Shown here piece by piece: positions 59,580-64,000 of a DNA stretch of 64,000 nt. Source of the DNA: Minisyncoccia bacterium (GTDB lineage: Bacteria; Patescibacteriota; Minisyncoccia; Phycocordibacterales; UBA9973). The notes beneath the pieces are model-generated. The model saw only the letters and a program-made list of their open reading frames with translations, had not been told where the DNA came from and did not search any database. The stretch is from the NCBI GenBank assembly GCA_044229265.1, contig JBGATK010000006.1, forward strand, positions 8,232-72,231. The letters run 5' to 3'. The position numbers were made by a program, and so were the translations under genes. How positions within the stretch are numbered: position 1 is the first letter of the stretch; each line of letters begins with the position of its first letter.

Positions 59580-60590
59580 TTACTCTTGTTTTAGGAACTC
59601 GTCAACTATGTTTTTTACTTCAATATAACTATTAGAATCCATGAGCTTTACTCGCAGTTCTTTGGCTCTATCAAAACCATTTACATAAGCTTTGTAATGT
59701 TTTTTCATAATTGCGAAATTTTTGATACCAGAAAAAGTATCTTCAAAAAGTTTTGTATGTTCTAGCATTACTTTAAGTTTCTCTTTTATATTTGGTTTAG
59801 CTTCATTTGAAAACAACCAAGGGTTTCCAAATATAGCTCTGCCAAACATCACACCATCACAACCAGTTTCTTTACATTTCTTTTTTGCATCATCTATGTC
59901 TACGACATCGCCATTACCTATGATTAAAGTTTCAGGAGAAATTTCGTCGCGAAGTTTTATAATAGATGGCATTAGCTCCCAGTGCGCAGGCACATCCGAC
60001 ATTTCTTTGCGTGTGCGCAAATGCACAGTTAAAACTGGTAATTTTAGTTCCAGTAGTGAACGAATCCAAGTATCTATTTCATTCTTGTTATAACCAATTC
60101 TAGTTTTGACTGAGACAGGAATTTCCCCTGCTCCAATGCGAGCGCCCTCTATCACCAATCTAGCCTTTTCAAAATCTTTTATCATGCTCGCTCCTGCTCC
60201 TTGTTTCTCTACACTTTTATCAGGGCAACCCATATTTATATCTATACCATTAAAACCAAGTTCTCTGCACAGGGCTGAAGCAGTCTTTATATTCTCCGGA
60301 TTACTACCAAATATCTGCGCCACTATTGGGTGCTCAGCTTTATCGAATTTTAAATCTATCATGAGTTTCTTCATCGCCACAGGGTGAGCAAGGCCATCGG
60401 CAGACACAAATTCAGTCCACAAAACATCGGGTTTACCGTATTTGTTTATAATATTCCGAAAAGCATAATCAGTAACATCGGCCATTGGTGCCATGACAAA
60501 AAATCCTCCTTCTTTTTTCTTTAATTTTTGCCAAATATTTTCTTTATTCACTGAATTTGAAATATACCTTATTACCAAAGCGTAGGTCAA
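59580..60590 (-). CDS. dus: tRNA-dihydrouridine synthase (start uncertain; Met at 60494 avoids overlap with the ftsQ-like gene)
   Basis: APMADVTDYAFR, GIDINMGCP, catalytic Cys and Lys region. Confidence 0.85.
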   Translation of the reverse strand: MTYALVIRYISNSVNKENIWQKLKKKEGGFFVMAPMADVTDYAFRNIINKYGKPDVLWTEFVSADGLAHPVAMKKLMIDLKFDKAEHPIVAQIFGSNPENIKTASALCRELGFNGIDINMGCPDKSVEKQGAGASMIKDFEKARLVIEGARIGAGEIPVSVKTRIGYNKNEIDTWIRSLLELKLPVLTVHLRTRKEMSDVPAHWELMPSIIKLRDEISPETLIIGNGDVVDIDDAKKKCKETGCDGVMFGRAIFGNPWLFSNEAKPNIKEKLKVMLEHTKLFEDTFSGIKNFAIMKKHYKAYVNGFDRAKELRVKLMDSNSYIEVKNIVDEFLKQE

Positions 60591-61413
60591 TATATAAAAG
60601 TTTTTGATATTTTTCTTTAATTTCTGTTTTTAATGGTTCAGCAACAAGAGCACTTTTCAAATTCTCTATTAATTTTTGAGCATTATCTACTTGATTAAAA
60701 ATAATTTTTGGAGCATTTGGAGGTTCAGTATTATCTTTTAAATAAAATTCTGTTTCTCCATCAGCTTTATGGAAAAGAGCCACAGGCCGTAAACCTAAAC
60801 TCTCAAGTTCTTTTTTAAAGAAAATATAATTCTCAAAATTTTCTTTAGCAAAATATCCATTTATTTTTCCTATTTCACCTAAAACTCCAAAAAATCTAAA
60901 ATATATATCCCCAGCAAAATACGGAGCTTCATCAAAAACAAAACCAGCATTGTCAGCAAAATAACATTTTGTATCTGCCAAAGAAACGCCTTCGGTAAAA
61001 CCCTCACCACACCAAGTATAACTACCACTACGTTCAACCATATTTACATAAAGTATATTACCTGTTTTTAATTCTATTTTTATATTAGTCAATCTAGGAA
61101 ACTCATTTTCTAAATTTTTAATTATTAGATTTTCAGGAATTAAAGCTATGTTATTTTTTGGAAATACAAAAAAATTATATCCACTAATAGATGAAGAAAT
61201 ATTTTCTAAAATATCTGTTTTATCTATAACACTATTGCCTTTGATATCTATACTTGAAATACGTAGTTTAGAATACCGTGAAAGAGCTACTAGTGTAGCC
61301 AAGAATACAAAAAAACATACTAAAATAATCACAAGATTTTTCTTATGTTTCTTTTTCCTAGCGTTTTTATTTTCTAAAACACGAGGAGAATTTAATATGT
61401 GTTTCTTTTCCAT
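60544..61413 (-). CDS. ftsQ: cell division protein FtsQ/DivIB-like (POTRA domain)
   Basis: N-terminal basic segment plus single TM, POTRA-like I.SIDIKGN region, 289 aa. Confidence 0.55.
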   Translation of the reverse strand: MEKKHILNSPRVLENKNARKKKHKKNLVIILVCFFVFLATLVALSRYSKLRISSIDIKGNSVIDKTDILENISSSISGYNFFVFPKNNIALIPENLIIKNLENEFPRLTNIKIELKTGNILYVNMVERSGSYTWCGEGFTEGVSLADTKCYFADNAGFVFDEAPYFAGDIYFRFFGVLGEIGKINGYFAKENFENYIFFKKELESLGLRPVALFHKADGETEFYLKDNTEPPNAPKIIFNQVDNAQKLIENLKSALVAEPLKTEIKEKYQKLLYIDLRFGNKVYFKFSE

Positions 61414-61433
61414 TTAAAGAAAATTACAAAAAA

Positions 61434-62744
61434 TTATCTGATAAATTCTTTGCCTCCCATGTATCCTCGCAAAACTTCAGGGATTTTCACAGAGCCGTCA
61501 GCTTGCTGATAATTTTCTATTATAGCGATCAATATTCTACCCAGAGCACAAGCAGTAGCATCATTCATATGCACGAGTTCGTTTTCACCATTTTCCCTTT
61601 TTACTTTTGTATTTAAACGACGAGATTGAAAACTAGTCATGAGATCAGCAGTATGAGTTTCCCTGAAAGTATCTTGCCCTGGCATCCATGTATTTATATC
61701 TATCTGCCTTGAATCAGGTTTACCCATATCACCTGTGCAAACTATCATAACTTCGTGAGGTAATTTTAAAGATTGGAGTAAATATTCTTGAATACCTACG
61801 AGAAGCTCTTGTTCTTGAATAGAAGTTTCTGGTAAACAAAAAGTTTCCATTTCCATTTTTTCAAATTGATGCACACGCAGTATGCCTCGAGTATCTTTTC
61901 CATAAGTTCCTGCTTCGCGACGAAAGGCTGGAGAGTATCCTATATAACGCACTGGCATTTCATTTTCCATAAAAGTATGGTTCATATGCATTGGGCCCAT
62001 GGTGTGTTCTGCACTACCTATCAAATACAAATCATCTTCTGCTAAATGATAGCGATCTTCTTTTGGATGAAGCCTGCCCATTTTTAAGAAAGTATTAGGA
62101 TTTATCATAAAAGGAGGAATTACTGGCTTAAAAGGTTTTGGACTTATATTTAAATTTTTACTATCTATTATTTGTTTTAAAGTTTCTTCATTGGTGCAAA
62201 TTTCAAATACAAAATTTATGAGAGCAAATTGTAGTAAAACCAAATCACCTTTCAAATATGTAAAACGACTGCCGACAACTTCTGCTGCAGTTTCATTGTC
62301 GATAATTCCAAGAAAGTTTCCTATTTCAACATGATCTTTTACTTTAAAATCAAAAACTGGTTTTTCACCCCAAGTGCGCAAAACAACATTTCCAGATTCA
62401 TCAGGACCTATTGGGGTATCAGCTGAAGGTAAATTTGGAACGTCCAGCATTATTTTTTGCCAATCTGTCATGACTTCTTTGAGTGCATCTTCTTTAATTT
62501 TTATATCATCTTTTACAAGACGCATTTCTTCAATAGTTTGGACTTTTAAAGAAGGGTCAGTATTGCGACTAATTGCTATAGATACTCGATTCACCTCGGC
62601 ACGCAAGGTTTCAAGAGCGCGCATTATTTCAAGGCGTTTATCATCGAGCTTTATAAGGGCTTCAACATCAATTTCGATATTTTTTTTCTTAGCTCCAGCT
62701 TTTATTAATTCCGCATTTTCACGGATGAATTTTATATCTAACAT
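61434..62744 (-). CDS. serS: serine--tRNA ligase
   Basis: N-terminal coiled coil, class II motifs, 436 aa. Confidence 0.95.
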   Translation of the reverse strand: MLDIKFIRENAELIKAGAKKKNIEIDVEALIKLDDKRLEIMRALETLRAEVNRVSIAISRNTDPSLKVQTIEEMRLVKDDIKIKEDALKEVMTDWQKIMLDVPNLPSADTPIGPDESGNVVLRTWGEKPVFDFKVKDHVEIGNFLGIIDNETAAEVVGSRFTYLKGDLVLLQFALINFVFEICTNEETLKQIIDSKNLNISPKPFKPVIPPFMINPNTFLKMGRLHPKEDRYHLAEDDLYLIGSAEHTMGPMHMNHTFMENEMPVRYIGYSPAFRREAGTYGKDTRGILRVHQFEKMEMETFCLPETSIQEQELLVGIQEYLLQSLKLPHEVMIVCTGDMGKPDSRQIDINTWMPGQDTFRETHTADLMTSFQSRRLNTKVKRENGENELVHMNDATACALGRILIAIIENYQQADGSVKIPEVLRGYMGGKEFIR

Positions 62745-62790
62745 ATTTCTATTATATATTATTATTGATATAATTCAAATATATACTTTT

Positions 62791-63666
62791 ATGAAAATAA
62801 GTAAATTACAAAGGAGTAAATTTCCAAGTAGCTTACTCGAATTACCTCAACCGCCAGAGAATCTATACTATTTAGGAAACATAGAAGAATATCTGGAAAA
62901 TCCAGATCTAATTTATTTATGCATAGTCGGCTCACGAAAATACACTACTTATGGCAAGGATATTTGTGAGAAAATAATTACTGGTTTAAAAGGCTATCCT
63001 ATTGTAATTGTTTCTGGTTTTGCTATGGGTATAGATACTATAGCCCACAGGACTGCTATAAAAAATAATATGAGGACTTTAGTTTTTCCAGGATCAGGAT
63101 TATCCAAAGAAGCAATATTCCCAAAAATTAATGCAAACTTTATGGACGAAATTTTAAACGCTGGTGGATGTTTTATTTCCGAGTGGGAGCCAGAGTTCAA
63201 AGCTCAGCATTGGACCTTCCCTATGCGCAACAGACTCATGGCAGGAATGAGCAGGGCCATACTAGTAATAGAAGCCGAAGAAAAGTCTGGCACACTTATC
63301 ACTGCCAGGCTTGCCATAGAATACAATAAAGATTTGCTTGCAGTTCCAGGATCAGTTTTTTCGAGTTCTTCTAAAGGCACAAATAAATTAATCCGCCAAG
63401 GGGCAGTGCCAATAACATGCGGTGAAGATGTATTGCAAGAGCTTGGTTTTGATTTAAAAAAAGATGAAAATAAGCAATTAGAACTTTTTGAAGAATTAAA
63501 TATTGATGAGAAAAAAGTTTTAGAAATATTACGCGAGCCGATGGATCGTGATGAATTACTTCGCGCAATGAAAATGCCTATAGGAAATGCGAATACCCTA
63601 CTCTCAGTTATGGAAATAAAAGGTTTAATAAAAGAAGAGCTCGGCCAAATCCGCTCGAATTTTTAG
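62791..63666 (+). CDS. dprA: DNA processing protein DprA (Smf)
   Basis: Rossmann-like DprA core GSRKYTTYG, GFAMGID..AH, C-terminal wHTH. Confidence 0.9.
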   Translation: MKISKLQRSKFPSSLLELPQPPENLYYLGNIEEYLENPDLIYLCIVGSRKYTTYGKDICEKIITGLKGYPIVIVSGFAMGIDTIAHRTAIKNNMRTLVFPGSGLSKEAIFPKINANFMDEILNAGGCFISEWEPEFKAQHWTFPMRNRLMAGMSRAILVIEAEEKSGTLITARLAIEYNKDLLAVPGSVFSSSSKGTNKLIRQGAVPITCGEDVLQELGFDLKKDENKQLELFEELNIDEKKVLEILREPMDRDELLRAMKMPIGNANTLLSVMEIKGLIKEELGQIRSNF

Positions 63667-63735
63667 AAATAAAAAAAGCCTCCCCGTATTGCTACGGTTC
63701 GGCTTAACGAATGGCTAAATTCACGTTCAAAATCT

Positions 63736-63987
63736 TTAGGTTTTTGGACTTCGCCCTGAACCTGTTTTTCTTACTCCTGGTAGATAGTAATTGACCCTTG
63801 CAGAATCAAATAAAATTTTTGATCCTTCTCCTTTGTTAAGTTTCCAGAACTTTGGTGTTCCTGAAGACTTTTTTGAATCAAAAGCAATTGAATCAGGATG
63901 ATTTGGCCAAGTGCAAAGATAAAATTCTTTAGTTTCAGATTCCATATCTACGCAATATGTCAGGAATGGATCACCTGAAATACTCAT
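63736..63987 (-). CDS. hypothetical small protein (may extend beyond the window edge)
   Basis: ORF only, 13 nt from the window end. Confidence 0.3.
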   Translation of the reverse strand: MSISGDPFLTYCVDMESETKEFYLCTWPNHPDSIAFDSKKSSGTPKFWKLNKGEGSKILFDSARVNYYLPGVRKTGSGRSPKT

Positions 63988-64000
63988 ATCTGGATCTTTA

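Overview
This window reads as an AT-rich (about one-third GC by eye), gene-dense, streamlined bacterial chromosome of the kind seen in CPR/Patescibacteria-like organisms. The identifiable backbone is a complete F1Fo ATP synthase operon (atpZ-like, atpB, E, F, H, A, G, D, C) preceded by tRNA-Ile(GAU). Other core genes are priA, mreB, holB, frr, rseP, dnaK, cysS, rplU, recR, dnaB, trpS, aspS, pepN, scpA/scpB, dacA-like, PBP2, ctpA, rplI, rpmA, gltX, murG, ftsW, mraY, tRNA-Gln(UUG), dnaX, dus, ftsQ-like, serS and dprA. Between these lie several AT-rich accessory pockets. One is a 587-aa cysteine-rich repeat protein with duplicated zinc-ribbon modules plus a downstream gene of unknown function. 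Another is a winged-helix regulator divergent from dnaK, with an inverted-repeat operator over the dnaK -35. There is a soluble, standalone type-IV-coupling-protein-like ATPase with a C-terminal zinc ribbon. A PD-(D/E)xK nuclease plus alpha-class DNA methyltransferase pair looks like a Type II R-M candidate. A tightly coupled two-gene cassette of unknown function sits between rplI and rpmA. A DinD homologue and an unknown gene lie next to tRNA-Gln. At nucleotide level the most unusual signals are GC-rich palindromic mini-elements inserted in-frame in atpG and rsmI that share a 13-nt core, a GC-rich quasi-palindrome plus a 14-nt tRNA 5' duplication upstream of tRNA-Ile, and a conserved roughly 35-nt leader hairpin shared by atpD and dnaK. 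No CRISPR array, rRNA, integrase, transposase or reverse transcriptase was seen.
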